In this document: positions 39,254-49,708 of the stretch, piece by piece
Layout of the letters: each line of letters opens with the position of its first letter
Numbering within the stretch: position 1 is the stretch's first letter
Assembly: GCA_045613785.1 (NCBI GenBank)
Contig: JAZLBQ010000026.1
Coordinates: forward strand, 64,001 to 128,000
DNA length: 64,000 nucleotides
Direction: 5' to 3'
Source of the DNA: Candidatus Enterousia sp.
Lineage (GTDB): Bacteria; Pseudomonadota; Alphaproteobacteria; Rs-D84
Notes under the pieces: generated by a model
Database searches by the model: none
Told to the model about the DNA's origin: nothing
What the model saw: the letters and a program-made list of their open reading frames with translations, nothing else
Program-made: the position numbers and the translations under genes

Positions 39254-40294
39254 TTATTGTGCCTGAACTTCTTCGACTACTTCTGTGGTCTGTTCTGCAG
39301 GCTGGTTTAATTCGTTGATTAAACCTTGTAATCTAGCCATTGTTTCAGAATCGTTCAATGCAACAGCGATAGTGTATGAAGATTCTAAATCAATGCGTGC
39401 GGCATCAACGTTGCCCAGATTCAGATTTAATGCAGCAGACTTTTCAAAATAGCTCATTGCATTACTGGACAGTGATTCACGTTCTTCCATTGTTGGTGCA
39501 CCTTGGATTTGTTCAGAAATCACACGCACAGCTGAAGAATAGTCGTTGATAGCGTCGGCATAATTACCTAATGCAGTGTATGCTTCTGCTCGTTCAGCGT
39601 AAACATTTGGGTTTACTGAGCCTTCTGGGCGTGCCAAAGAGTTTGTATAATCAGCGATAGCACCTTCCCAGTTTTTCAGCCACAGATTCAGCTGACCACG
39701 TTTTGCATACAAATCACGCATTTGCAGAACAACTGTTGGATTAGAAGTATTTGCAGCCAAAGCGTTATTAATATCGTTCATTGCTGCATTGTAATCTTCC
39801 AGACGAGTGTTCAACAAAGCACGGTCATAGTATGCAACAGCGTTTGCAGGATCTTTTGCCAATGCGGCATCAAAGTTATCCATTGCATTGCGATAGTCGC
39901 CAGACTGCATATATGCTTCACCACGCAAGATGTATGTATCTACAGTTGCAGCCCCTGCGTCAATAGCGGCAGTCAAATCGACAATAGCAGCATCTAATTC
40001 GCCAGCCAGCAATTTTGTTTTACCGCTTTCATAGAAATCAGCAGACTGCATCAAAGCTTCTTCTGTAATTTCCATTTTTGCAACCGAAGGAACGTCTGTG
40101 TGTGAACGCCCCAAGATATAAAAAGTCGCAGCGATAAAGAACAAAATGATGAACCAATATACATAGATTGAAATCGACCAAGGGCTAAAACAAGTTTTTG
40201 TTTTTTCCTGTTTGATTGTAGGTTTAGACGCTACAGGACGCACTTTTTCGGTGTTTTTCTTGACTGGATATTTTTTTGCAGGTGTTTTTTTCAT
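39254..40294 (-). CDS. Membrane-anchored TPR-repeat protein
   Basis: Basic N-terminus, one TM, repeated Y..RG/A...AI.DY TPR units. Confidence 0.85.
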   Translation of the reverse strand: MKKTPAKKYPVKKNTEKVRPVASKPTIKQEKTKTCFSPWSISIYVYWFIILFFIAATFYILGRSHTDVPSVAKMEITEEALMQSADFYESGKTKLLAGELDAAIVDLTAAIDAGAATVDTYILRGEAYMQSGDYRNAMDNFDAALAKDPANAVAYYDRALLNTRLEDYNAAMNDINNALAANTSNPTVVLQMRDLYAKRGQLNLWLKNWEGAIADYTNSLARPEGSVNPNVYAERAEAYTALGNYADAINDYSSAVRVISEQIQGAPTMEERESLSSNAMSYFEKSAALNLNLGNVDAARIDLESSYTIAVALNDSETMARLQGLINELNQPAEQTTEVVEEVQAQ

Positions 40295-40322
40295 ATAAAT
40301 CTCCCTTCCTTTTAATAGAATA

Positions 40323-41021
40323 TTAGAGAGATTTTAACATTTCGTCAATTGTTTTCTGTGATAATTTTTTAATTTTTCCCACGGGCAGTTTTCCCAATGA
40401 AATATTTCCGTATGAAATTCTGTGCAATTTGCGAACACCGCACCCGCACGCACGCAGAACAATTCGCACTTCGTTCTTTTTTCCTTCTGTGATTGTTATG
40501 CGTAAATTATTGCCACCTATTTCATCTATTTTCATAGGTGCGTATTTAATTCCGTCGATTGTGATACCGTTTCGTGCATTGTCCAGTTTTGAAAAATCAT
40601 GACTGTTTACAGTTGCGATATATGTTCTTTCTATTCCAGATGATGGCAATGTCAATTTTCGTGCCAAATCCCCATCGTTAGTCAGTAATAATAAGCCTGT
40701 TGTTTTGTAATCCAAACGTCCAACGTATTTTAGGTTTTTGTATTCGTCGCCTAAAACATCATAGATTGTTTTCCGGCCATTTGGATCACGCACAGTTGTC
40801 ATGGTGTTCAATGGTTTATGAAAAGCAAATAATTGAATTTCTGATTTTTGTGTAATTGTCTGTCCATCGATTTTTACGACATCGTTCTCTTCAACAAAAA
40901 ATACAGGTGTTGTGATAACAGCGTCATTCACAGACACTCGGCCATCTGCAACCAGTGCCTCGGCGGCTCTTCGTGAAGCCACCCCACAATCTGCGATAAA
41001 TTTTGCGATACGAACACTCAT
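40323..41021 (-). CDS. rRNA pseudouridine synthase (RsuA/RluB family, S4 domain)
   Basis: ASRRAAE, VGRLDYKTTGLLLLTNDG, EGKKNEVR. Confidence 0.92.
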   Translation of the reverse strand: MSVRIAKFIADCGVASRRAAEALVADGRVSVNDAVITTPVFFVEENDVVKIDGQTITQKSEIQLFAFHKPLNTMTTVRDPNGRKTIYDVLGDEYKNLKYVGRLDYKTTGLLLLTNDGDLARKLTLPSSGIERTYIATVNSHDFSKLDNARNGITIDGIKYAPMKIDEIGGNNLRITITEGKKNEVRIVLRACGCGVRKLHRISYGNISLGKLPVGKIKKLSQKTIDEMLKSL

Positions 41022-41022
41022 A

Positions 41023-41679
41023 TTATTCCGTTATTTTTGCTATTGCGACCACTGCTGCAACTTCTGCACGCAAAATAGTTTTTCCTAATGATATTCCGAC
41101 GGCTCCTGCGTTGTCCAGTTGACTAAATTCATTGTCTGAAAATCCACCTTCTGGCCCAACCAAGATTGATTTTGTATTTTTTATATTTGCTTTTAAATCC
41201 TTGCCATATGCAGCCCGTTCATCTGCAAACACAACCTTGCTCAGGTCTAAATCAGCAAATTTAATTGGTTGCATTATTTTTGGAATGCTGTTTCGATTAG
41301 ATTGTTCTGCGGCCTCTATCACAATTTTTTGCATACGTTCCCAGTTGATGTGATGAGCTGTTGTTCTTTCGCAAATCACGGGTTGTAGTATTTTTACCCC
41401 CATTTGGGTTGCCATATTGATTAAATCGTCAGTCCGTTTAATTGGTGCAAACATCAGTGTTAAATCGCCAGACGGGTCGCAATGCTGTGTTTTGTCCCCG
41501 ATGACCAGGCTTTTATCATCATCAGACAAAACTGCCGAATATTCATTACCGTTTCCAAATACCAGACATTGATTTGTTCGCATAACCCGTCGCAAATAAT
41601 GTGCAGTTTCACGTCCAGCAGGGATAATGTCGCCCACTGATATATTTTCACCGACAAAGATTCTTGGAATATTTTTCAT
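41023..41679 (-). CDS. rsmE: 16S rRNA m3U1498 methyltransferase
   Basis: HYLRRVMR, EAAEQS, VGPEGGFS, LGKTILRAEVA. Confidence 0.95.
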   Translation of the reverse strand: MKNIPRIFVGENISVGDIIPAGRETAHYLRRVMRTNQCLVFGNGNEYSAVLSDDDKSLVIGDKTQHCDPSGDLTLMFAPIKRTDDLINMATQMGVKILQPVICERTTAHHINWERMQKIVIEAAEQSNRNSIPKIMQPIKFADLDLSKVVFADERAAYGKDLKANIKNTKSILVGPEGGFSDNEFSQLDNAGAVGISLGKTILRAEVAAVVAIAKITE

Positions 41680-41734
41680 ATTTTTATAATTCCTGATTTA
41701 TAAAAACCTAAAATTCTGATATAATCATAACACT

Positions 41735-43984
41735 ATGGCAGTGAAATTCAACATTTTATCCGCATCTGGCAAGGGCAAAGGTTTAAATATCTTTCGCTCG
41801 TCCGCCTACAAGGAATTCGACCAAAACGGTGTTGCCCGTGAATTTTGGTCTATCCGTTGGGCGATTATTACGTGGTTGATTGCAGCGGTTATGGTTGCTG
41901 CGGCATTCCCGGTTGAGCATATATGGCGATACGGTTGGTCGCCAGCCAGCCAAGATTGGTTGTTGTTATATTTACAGAATTTGGTTTCAACGGGTGGTGT
42001 TTCTGTTTTGTCTGAAATACCGTCGTGGATATGGCGTTCTATAATGCGTCCTGATTTTTCGTGCATAACCCCGATATTACCAATAATTGGCTATTACTTT
42101 TTATCTGACGGCACAATGGCGGACGAATTTAATCCCCACAGCAAGGATAAATTCGACGAAAAAACCTCACGCAAGGCAACCGCAGACGATATTAAAAAGA
42201 TGGCTCAGGACCATAAAAACAAAGAAGGCTTGTTCAAGGGCTTTATGATGGTGTTGGGCTATTTCAAAGAAAAACCATTGATGTTTGATGAATGTTTATC
42301 GACATTGTGTGTTGCTCCCCCAGGGACTGGTAAAACAGCAGGTGTTGTTGTTCCTACGATTTTAGAATGTGACAAGGTGTCGATGATTATCAACGACCCA
42401 AAACCTGAATTGAAACAAAAAACGTCTGCGTATCGTGCGTCGATTGGACCAGTATTTATTATGAACTGGGCGGGTCAGGACGATCCAGCACGTGGAATTT
42501 ATTATCCGTCGTGGAATCCATTGTCCCCAGGTCATGTTCCTTTTAATACCGAAGAGCGTGATTTATACGTTGATTCCATTGCAAATACATTGATTCCTGA
42601 CCGTTCGTCGTCATCTGCTGACCCGCACTGGACGATTACGGGGCGTGCTGCCTTGACCGGATTTATTCAATATATTATTTCCAAGGTTGAACGTGCCAAG
42701 GCCGATGATTATTTCTTTGCACGCATATCAAACGGCACTTTTAATGCCGAAGATGCGGCGGTCCTGGGTGATTATTATTTGTCTATGTCGTCTGACCCAA
42801 ATGCCTATGCGGCATATGCTTTGTTGCAGCGTGGCGAATTAAACGCAATGAATTATGTTCATGTTGGGACATGGGAAAATATCCCCGATGCCTGGCATGG
42901 GCGTGAGGCATCATTATCAATGATATTGGATTGGTTAAACGCATCACAAATTGCCATCGCCGAAGATATCGAAAATCGTCGTCGTCAGGGCGACCAAATG
43001 GTTATGATGGCTGACCCAACCAAAGATATGTTTATGAAGGCTGTTGAGGAAGCCCGTCGTTATGCATATTCGCACCGTGCCGTCCAGGAATTGACGCAAC
43101 TTGCCAGCACCCCGGACAAGGAACGTGGCTCTATTATGTCAACTGCATTGTCGGGCTTAAATATCTTCCGTAATGCGGCTGTTCGCAATCGCACCAGCCA
43201 CTCTGATTTTCATTTTTCGGACCTGCGTGGAATGATTGATCCACGTGATGGCAAGATGAAACCAGTAACGGTTTATCTGTCAATCAATATGGTTGATGCC
43301 CAGGCATTAAATCCAATAACGGCAATCTTTATAGAATTGATGTCAAATTTCTTGTTAGCAAACAAACCCGAAGAAATAAGAAATGGGGAAAAGCTAGGGC
43401 CTTGTCCTGTTTTATTTGTAATGGATGAAATGCCAAAAATGCAAAAGCTGCAGGCGGTTATTCAGGGGCCCGATTTAGGGCGTGGTCAGTCGATTTCATA
43501 TTTGATTATCGGTCAGGACTTGCATCAGATTGCTGAAAAATATGGTCAGGACGCCGCAGCGACCATTATATCAACGACCGCTGCAAAGATTGTTATGCGT
43601 CAAAACGACCCAGACACAGCAAGGCGTTTTTCGGAAATGATGGGTTATAAGATGAAAAAGAAAACCGTCAAGGGGCCTGATGGAAAAGACAAAGAAGAAA
43701 CGTCCCAAGAATTATTGTTTACAGAAATGGACATTATGAAGCTGCCCGATGCAAAGCAACTTGTAATTGTTCAGGGGCATTATAATAGACCGATAGAGGC
43801 TGATCAGGAACGTTATTTTATTGATAAAAATGCAGTGCAAAAAAAACTGTATGCCAAGGTTCAAATGGGAGAATGTGCACCTTTGCCTGAATTTTTGGTG
43901 CCATCACATCACCGTGCACTGGGTTATTCCGGAACGCCACGAATATACGATCCGCAGACTAAAAAAATCAAAGAGTTGGCATAA
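41735..43984 (+). CDS. virD4: Type IV secretion coupling protein (VirD4/TraG family)
   Basis: N-terminal TMs; APPGTGKT...VVVPTIL, INDPKPEL, WNPL, SDFHFSDLR, FVMDEMP, GRG, QD..QI...YG. Confidence 0.88.
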   Translation: MAVKFNILSASGKGKGLNIFRSSAYKEFDQNGVAREFWSIRWAIITWLIAAVMVAAAFPVEHIWRYGWSPASQDWLLLYLQNLVSTGGVSVLSEIPSWIWRSIMRPDFSCITPILPIIGYYFLSDGTMADEFNPHSKDKFDEKTSRKATADDIKKMAQDHKNKEGLFKGFMMVLGYFKEKPLMFDECLSTLCVAPPGTGKTAGVVVPTILECDKVSMIINDPKPELKQKTSAYRASIGPVFIMNWAGQDDPARGIYYPSWNPLSPGHVPFNTEERDLYVDSIANTLIPDRSSSSADPHWTITGRAALTGFIQYIISKVERAKADDYFFARISNGTFNAEDAAVLGDYYLSMSSDPNAYAAYALLQRGELNAMNYVHVGTWENIPDAWHGREASLSMILDWLNASQIAIAEDIENRRRQGDQMVMMADPTKDMFMKAVEEARRYAYSHRAVQELTQLASTPDKERGSIMSTALSGLNIFRNAAVRNRTSHSDFHFSDLRGMIDPRDGKMKPVTVYLSINMVDAQALNPITAIFIELMSNFLLANKPEEIRNGEKLGPCPVLFVMDEMPKMQKLQAVIQGPDLGRGQSISYLIIGQDLHQIAEKYGQDAAATIISTTAAKIVMRQNDPDTARRFSEMMGYKMKKKTVKGPDGKDKEETSQELLFTEMDIMKLPDAKQLVIVQGHYNRPIEADQERYFIDKNAVQKKLYAKVQMGECAPLPEFLVPSHHRALGYSGTPRIYDPQTKKIKELA

Positions 43985-43985
43985 C

Positions 43986-44014
43986 AAATAAATCCCCAAA
44001 ATGGGGATTTATTT
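43986..44014. terminator. Bidirectional terminator virD4/sspB
   Basis: AAATAAATCCCC-AAAAT-GGGGATTTATTT. Confidence 0.7.
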
Positions 44015-44481
44015 TATTGTTTTCTATTTTTTCTAAATTCGTCCAGTGATACAACCCGACCTGGGTCTGGAACAGTTCCTGGCCTTTCTTCTAGTGGTAA
44101 TTCCATATCATTATCTGCGGCGGCTGTTTGTTTTCTTGGCTGGAATGACAGCATAAAGTCCACAGATGGGTCTTTGAATTCGACCAGTGCTGAAAAAGGC
44201 ACACGAATAAAGAAAGGTCGTCCATCAAACGTCAGCTGAACGCCAAATTCTTTGTCTGACACATTTAAATTATTATATGAATATTGCAAGACGATTGTCA
44301 TAACGTCAGGATATCTGATACGTAAAAAGTCTGGCAACACAACGCCTGCATCACGTGTTTTAAACGTGATAAAAAAATGTGTTCCATCGCCTAAGCCATT
44401 AAATTGTGCGTGAATCAATGCGTCTTTTACCACAGATTTTAACGCATTGTCTAATAAAGTTTGATAATCAATTTTCGCCAT
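44014..44481 (-). CDS. sspB: ClpXP adaptor SspB, alphaproteobacterial type
   Basis: HFFITFKT, YPDVMTIVLQ, F.DPSVDF, VVSLDEFRK. Confidence 0.92.
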   Translation of the reverse strand: MAKIDYQTLLDNALKSVVKDALIHAQFNGLGDGTHFFITFKTRDAGVVLPDFLRIRYPDVMTIVLQYSYNNLNVSDKEFGVQLTFDGRPFFIRVPFSALVEFKDPSVDFMLSFQPRKQTAAADNDMELPLEERPGTVPDPGRVVSLDEFRKNRKQ

Positions 44482-45568
44482 CTTCTTTTTTCTCCGGACA
44501 TACTATATTACTAATTTCCCCGTTCTGGCAAGCAACAAATACAGCGTCTGGAACATCGCTAAATATTTCACTGTCCAGACCTGTTGCCCAAACTTGTGCA
44601 TCTGCCACCCCCAGTTCTTTGAACATTCTTTTTCGTGCGTTTTTATCCAGATGTGCTGCAGCCTCGTCTAATAAAATAAGAGGTCTTTTACCAGTTTTAG
44701 TTCTAATCAATTTTGCGTGTGCCAAGATTAAATCGATCAAGACTGTTTTTTGCTGACCTGTGCTGGTCAGGTGTGCTGGCAGCCCCAATTCCTTGTTAAA
44801 TACGCCAAAGTCTGATTTGTGCGGTCCGTCCAGAACCATTTTATCGCCAATAAGTGTTCGATTGTTTTTCAGGTATTCATTATATTGTCGTTCTGTATCT
44901 GCAACCGAAACGCCATCAATCAGCATTTTTTCAATCATTCCAGACACAGAAACCGCACATCGTTCCAGGAAATAATTTATTTCTCCGGCATATTGGATAC
45001 GTGCAACAGCCACTGCAACGGCACTGCCAGCAATTTGAATATCCAGTGCGTCCAACCAATGTGAATTTGCACCTGTTTTAAGTGCGACTGCTCGTTCACT
45101 AAAAAGTTTGCTCAATTTTGCTACCCGGCCTGCGTGTGAAGCATCAAAACTGGCGGCCAGTCTGTCAAAGAACGCCCGTCTGTCTGCTGCACTATCGACG
45201 AACAATCTGTCTTCTTTAGGGGAAATCCAGACGATACGTAAATGTTTTGCTAAATCAGTAAGTGTTGCGTTTTCGCCATCAATTTTTGCACGCCTATTGG
45301 TGTCGCCTCCGACAAAGTTCACTGCAACCTGGGTTTCGTCGTCTAATTCTGCAAAAACACTAAAACTGCCATTTCCGCCAAATCGTGCAACGTCGCTCAT
45401 TGCTGCACCACGCATACCACGGTCGCCACCCAGCATAGAAACAGCTTCCAGCACAGCGGTTTTTCCAGCCCCGTTTGGGCCTGTGATAATAACATTTCTG
45501 TGACCGAATGTTGTAATTCTGCACATTGTGTGATTTCTAAAATCGGTCAAACTAATAGAATTTATCAT
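44468..45568 (-). CDS. recF: DNA replication/repair protein RecF
   Basis: LTDFRN, GPNGAGKT..LEA, RRAFFDR, GPHKSD, STGQQK, LLDEAAAHLD. Confidence 0.93.
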   Translation of the reverse strand: MINSISLTDFRNHTMCRITTFGHRNVIITGPNGAGKTAVLEAVSMLGGDRGMRGAAMSDVARFGGNGSFSVFAELDDETQVAVNFVGGDTNRRAKIDGENATLTDLAKHLRIVWISPKEDRLFVDSAADRRAFFDRLAASFDASHAGRVAKLSKLFSERAVALKTGANSHWLDALDIQIAGSAVAVAVARIQYAGEINYFLERCAVSVSGMIEKMLIDGVSVADTERQYNEYLKNNRTLIGDKMVLDGPHKSDFGVFNKELGLPAHLTSTGQQKTVLIDLILAHAKLIRTKTGKRPLILLDEAAAHLDKNARKRMFKELGVADAQVWATGLDSEIFSDVPDAVFVACQNGEISNIVCPEKKEDGEN

Positions 45569-45591
45569 ACGGCGATAATACAAAATAAAAG

Positions 45592-45613
45592 AAACACCCG
45601 CAAGGGTGTTTTT
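45592..45613 (-). terminator. Terminator after tRNA-Cys
   Basis: AAACACCC-GCAA-GGGTGTTT. Confidence 0.6.
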
Positions 45614-45627
45614 AGTTCTTTTTTTAG

Positions 45628-45701
45628 TGGAGGCCTGGGTCGGAATCGAACCGGCATCCAAGGATTTGCAGTCCTCTGCATAACCACTCTGCCACCAGGC
45701 C
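45628..45701 (-). tRNA. tRNA-Cys(GCA)
   Basis: GGCCTGGTGGCAGAGTGGTTATGC...CTGCAAA...GGTTCGATTCC...TCCA, 74 nt. Confidence 0.95.
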
Positions 45702-45801
45702 TGAACTTTTTTGTGCAGGGGTATAATACGCAAAAATAAATTGTAATTCAACATAAAAATTGTATAATTAGAAAAGAAATTTGATAGAGAGAGAATTTTT
45801 T

Positions 45802-47145
45802 ATGAAAAAACTGTCACTTATCTTGGCGTGTGCTTTGCCGGTTTCTGCATTTGCTTCTATAGAAGACTGTGCATCACGCACAACTATTCCATCTGGAAAG
45901 TTAAATTTACCCCAGATTATTGAACTGGGGTTGTGCAGAAATCCGCAAACGGCATCATCTTATTTGGCGTATGAATCGGCACGATTTGCAAAAAATGCTG
46001 GTTATGCTGATTATTTACCGTCTGTCAGTGTATCTGCCAATGCGTCTTTACCATATCGTAATGAACAGTGGGGCGATTGGTCATATGGTGCGTCGCTGTC
46101 TGCATCGTATTTGATATTTGATTTTGGAAAACGTTTGTCTGATTTAAATCAGTCAATATCCTCGTGGCGTGCGGCTGGCTTTGATTATGACGAATCTGTT
46201 CAGAATTACGTTTATGGTCTGATTGGTTCTTATTATGCGTTATTAAATGCGGACGCTGATGTTCGTTCTGCTGAAATGCTACGCACTGTTGCCAAGACCG
46301 CCCAGGACACAGCGAAAAAGAAATTTCAGGCAGGTTCTGTGGCCAAGGCTGATGTGTTAAAGGCAGATACAACACTTGCCAGTCGTGATTTAGATTTAGA
46401 ACGTGCAAAGAACAATCGTAAAATTGCCCAGGGTAATTTGCTGGCCAAGTTGTCTTTTTCAGCAGACCAAGAAATTGAAATTGCTGACCTGCCGTCAAAT
46501 ATTGGCACGCCTCAGGAAACAAAAACGCTGGACGAATTGTTTGCCCAGGCACAAAAGACACGACCTGATTTGTTGCGTGCCACAGCGAACAAGGATGCAG
46601 CCTGGCACCGTCGCAATAGTGTGTTTTTAAGTAATTTACCATCGATTTCTGCATCTGGCTCTATTTCGTGGAATGATACCCCATCTGAAACGTATGGTGC
46701 GGGTTCTGAAAATATCAGTGGCAGCATTGGAATCCGTGCATCAATGCCGTTGTTTGCAGGTTTTGCAAATTTATACAATGCTCGTTCTGCCCAGGCAAAT
46801 TATGAACGTGCAATGGAACAAGAACGTCAAACCCAGGACAATGCAACACTGGATATTTTTACGGCCTATCATAATTACAAGACGGCACAAACGGTTTTGC
46901 AGCAAACAGAGACATTGTTAAAGTCAGCGACAGAATCAGAACGTGTAACTGCGGGTATGTATCGTGTTGGTCGTGCAACAATGTTGGATTGGCAGACAGC
47001 ACAATCTGAACTGGTAAATGCGGAAAAGCAAAACAATGCAGCTAAGTATGATTTGTTTACAAAGCGTGCGGCGGTTGCGTTAGCGGTAGGTGAAATTAAA
47101 ACAGAATTAGAAGGAAAGGCAGATGAAAAAACAAACGACGAATAA
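45802..47145 (+). CDS. TolC-family outer membrane efflux protein
   Basis: Signal peptide; two OEP repeats (LPSVS, YLIFDFG; LPSIS, MPLFAG; Y..G). Confidence 0.9.
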   Translation: MKKLSLILACALPVSAFASIEDCASRTTIPSGKLNLPQIIELGLCRNPQTASSYLAYESARFAKNAGYADYLPSVSVSANASLPYRNEQWGDWSYGASLSASYLIFDFGKRLSDLNQSISSWRAAGFDYDESVQNYVYGLIGSYYALLNADADVRSAEMLRTVAKTAQDTAKKKFQAGSVAKADVLKADTTLASRDLDLERAKNNRKIAQGNLLAKLSFSADQEIEIADLPSNIGTPQETKTLDELFAQAQKTRPDLLRATANKDAAWHRRNSVFLSNLPSISASGSISWNDTPSETYGAGSENISGSIGIRASMPLFAGFANLYNARSAQANYERAMEQERQTQDNATLDIFTAYHNYKTAQTVLQQTETLLKSATESERVTAGMYRVGRATMLDWQTAQSELVNAEKQNNAAKYDLFTKRAAVALAVGEIKTELEGKADEKTNDE

Positions 47146-48337
47146 AGTTTCCGAAACCAAGCGTCCATCGATTCTTCGCAGAATTTGGTCGTATATTTGG
47201 CGTAAAAAATGGTGGATAATATTATTGTGTTGTGTCTGTGTTGGGGGCTGGTTGTTGTTTGGGTCAAAGACTAACAAGCCAGGCGAATTTATCACGGTAA
47301 ATATTACTCGTGGCGACCTGCGTCAGGTTGTTACAGCAACTGGCGAGATTCGTCCTGTAAATACTGTAAATGTTGGTTCTCAGGTATCTGGCACGATTGA
47401 TAATTTATATGTGGACTTTAACAGTCGTGTAAAAAAAGGCGATATTTTGTTGACAATAGAACCATCTGTTTTGCAAGCGACTGTTGATGAAGCCAAGGCA
47501 TCGCTAGACAGCACGATTTCTCAGCGTAATTTTGCAAAGAGTGAATATGAACGTGATAAAATGTTGTATAACGAAGGCTTTATTTCACGTGCAGAAATGG
47601 AACAAAAACTAACTCAATATGAACAGTCAGAGCAATCTGTAAAACGTGCACAATCCACATATGATCGTGCTGTAACGAATTTGGGGTATGCAACAATTTT
47701 ATCGCCTGTTGATGGGACCGTAATTTCACGCAAGGTAGATGTTGGTCAGACTGTTGCTGCATCTTTTCAGACACCAGACTTGTTTGAAATTGCCGAAGAT
47801 TTAACAAAAATGCAAATTGAAACCGCCGTATCAGAAGCGGACATTGGTGTCATCACAGAGGGTCAGCCTGTGACCTTTACAGTTGATGCGTATCCAACTG
47901 AAACGTTTGATGGTGTTGTTCGTCAGGTGCGTTTGTCGCCAACCACGACATCAAACGTAGTTGTTTATACAGTTGTGATTGATGTTGATAATTCAGACTT
48001 GCGTCTGATGCCAGGTATGACAGCATTTGTAACGATTATAATTTCAGAACGTGATAATGTATGGCGTGCTGCAAACTCTGCATTTTTAATTCGCAGTTTT
48101 GACAGGTTTTTGGCTCCCGAAGAAATAAGTGGTGCAACACCTGCGTCGCACTTGGCAATATTGCGTGATGGCAATGTAGTTTTTGTTCCTTATACCAAGG
48201 GCTTGACCACTGCGACAGAAACAGAAATTATCTCGGACGAGATTCAAATGGGTGATAAAATTATCACAGGTCGTATGGGTATGACATCGACTAATAAGCA
48301 GCAAGGAATGTCGCCTATGCGTGGTCCACGAATGTAA
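47123..48337 (+). CDS. MacA/YknX-like periplasmic adaptor (membrane fusion protein)
   Basis: ATG.I.PV.TVNVGSQVSG, SPVDGTVI, GQTVAASFQTP, LMPGMTA. Confidence 0.92.
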   Translation: MKKQTTNKVSETKRPSILRRIWSYIWRKKWWIILLCCVCVGGWLLFGSKTNKPGEFITVNITRGDLRQVVTATGEIRPVNTVNVGSQVSGTIDNLYVDFNSRVKKGDILLTIEPSVLQATVDEAKASLDSTISQRNFAKSEYERDKMLYNEGFISRAEMEQKLTQYEQSEQSVKRAQSTYDRAVTNLGYATILSPVDGTVISRKVDVGQTVAASFQTPDLFEIAEDLTKMQIETAVSEADIGVITEGQPVTFTVDAYPTETFDGVVRQVRLSPTTTSNVVVYTVVIDVDNSDLRLMPGMTAFVTIIISERDNVWRAANSAFLIRSFDRFLAPEEISGATPASHLAILRDGNVVFVPYTKGLTTATETEIISDEIQMGDKIITGRMGMTSTNKQQGMSPMRGPRM

Positions 48338-48338
48338 T

Positions 48339-48362
48339 AAACGCCCGATTGGGCGTTTTTTT
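48339..48362 (+). terminator. Terminator after the adaptor gene
   Basis: AAACGCCC-GATT-GGGCGTTTTTTT. Confidence 0.75.
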
Positions 48363-48445
48363 ATAAAACGTTTTATTATCATTTGCCTTATTTTATTTTT
48401 TTATGTTATAATTACATACGAATATTCAGCTGAGAGAGAATTTAG

Positions 48446-49708
48446 TTGGCCAATAATTTTATAACAGTTAATCGAAAAAAATACGCCGTTGGTCTGTTGT
48501 GGCAGCCCATTGGGGCTGGTTTTGCTGCCCGTGGTTATGCTCGCAATTTGTCCAAGAATATTGATAAAAAACTGACCTTGTTCACAGAATATCGTTCAAT
48601 GGTTGGTCTGTCATCACGTCGCAATGGTATTCATTCTGGAATGACCAGTGCTGCTGCTGATGTGATGGAAAGTTTTTCAGAATACACATCATTTATTGCG
48701 GTGTTTAATGTTGATAGCAAATATTACCTAGTTGCTGCTCGTAATGGGATAATTTTATCAGATGTTGTTTTTGATAATGAACAAGATGCCCGCAATGAAT
48801 ATGTAAAGTTATCCGAGATTCCTGATTGGGGTGCGTTTTTTGCACCGTCTTCGTGGGGAATGCCACGTGCAGCAGAGCGAAATTTATCAGACTTATTAAA
48901 CGGTCAATCGCACGCTGTATTGCGTCCAATCAGTCATTTGGGGGCAGGTGTTGTATCGTTGGTATTGTTGGGTATTTTTGCACTGGTCTTGGGGATTATT
49001 TTTCGTGATTCAATAAATCAGGCCTTTACCCCACGTCCTCAGGTTGCGGAACTAGATCCGGAATTGGTTGCAGAATACAAGCGTCAAATCGAAGAAAGCA
49101 GCAAGAAATTAGACCAGGAATACCAGATTGAAAAGGTTTTGCCACCAGAACCAATAGTAATGCCATATGAATTATTGCCTGATGTTGCTGCCCGTGCGGC
49201 TCAGTGTTATCAGGCGATTGGTTTTGTGATGCAGCCGATTCCAGGCTGGACACAAATGCGTGCGACGTGTGGTGAAACACATGTTACTGCGGAATTTCGT
49301 CGCAGTTTTGGCACGTTGGGTGAGTTTTATAATATCGCAACAGAATTGATGCCTGCGTCATTTGTTGAAGAAGTAGATGAAAACACAATTCGTATTCGTG
49401 CAACCTTGCCGACATTGGAATCATTTGCTTCTCAGGACGAACGAGATGCAGATACTGTTGTTCGTGATATAACAACATTGTTTCAGTCGATTGATACACC
49501 TGTTCAAACCCAGGTTGTTGTTGATACGCTGACCAATGGTGTTGACGTTGCGACAGTCAACGTCATAGAAGTTGGTGCAGAATCAAAACTGATTCCGACG
49601 CAGTTTATGGAAATTTTTAGTGAATTTGGCGGCGTTTATCTGATGCAGACATCATGGGACGTTCGCTCACGTTCTTGGAACTATGAGGTGGTAATCTATG
49701 CAAAATAA
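48446..49708 (+). CDS. Type IVB pilus accessory protein, PilO(2)-like
   Basis: YAVGLLWQP N-terminal motif, central TM, C...GW....C periplasmic part; TTG start; first gene of the pil cluster. Confidence 0.7.
   Translation: MANNFITVNRKKYAVGLLWQPIGAGFAARGYARNLSKNIDKKLTLFTEYRSMVGLSSRRNGIHSGMTSAAADVMESFSEYTSFIAVFNVDSKYYLVAARNGIILSDVVFDNEQDARNEYVKLSEIPDWGAFFAPSSWGMPRAAERNLSDLLNGQSHAVLRPISHLGAGVVSLVLLGIFALVLGIIFRDSINQAFTPRPQVAELDPELVAEYKRQIEESSKKLDQEYQIEKVLPPEPIVMPYELLPDVAARAAQCYQAIGFVMQPIPGWTQMRATCGETHVTAEFRRSFGTLGEFYNIATELMPASFVEEVDENTIRIRATLPTLESFASQDERDADTVVRDITTLFQSIDTPVQTQVVVDTLTNGVDVATVNVIEVGAESKLIPTQFMEIFSEFGGVYLMQTSWDVRSRSWNYEVVIYAK

Noticed and set aside
45569-45754. N-terminal extension of the recF ORF
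   Set aside because: It runs across tRNA-Cys and its terminator; the RecF-like N-terminus starts at 45568.
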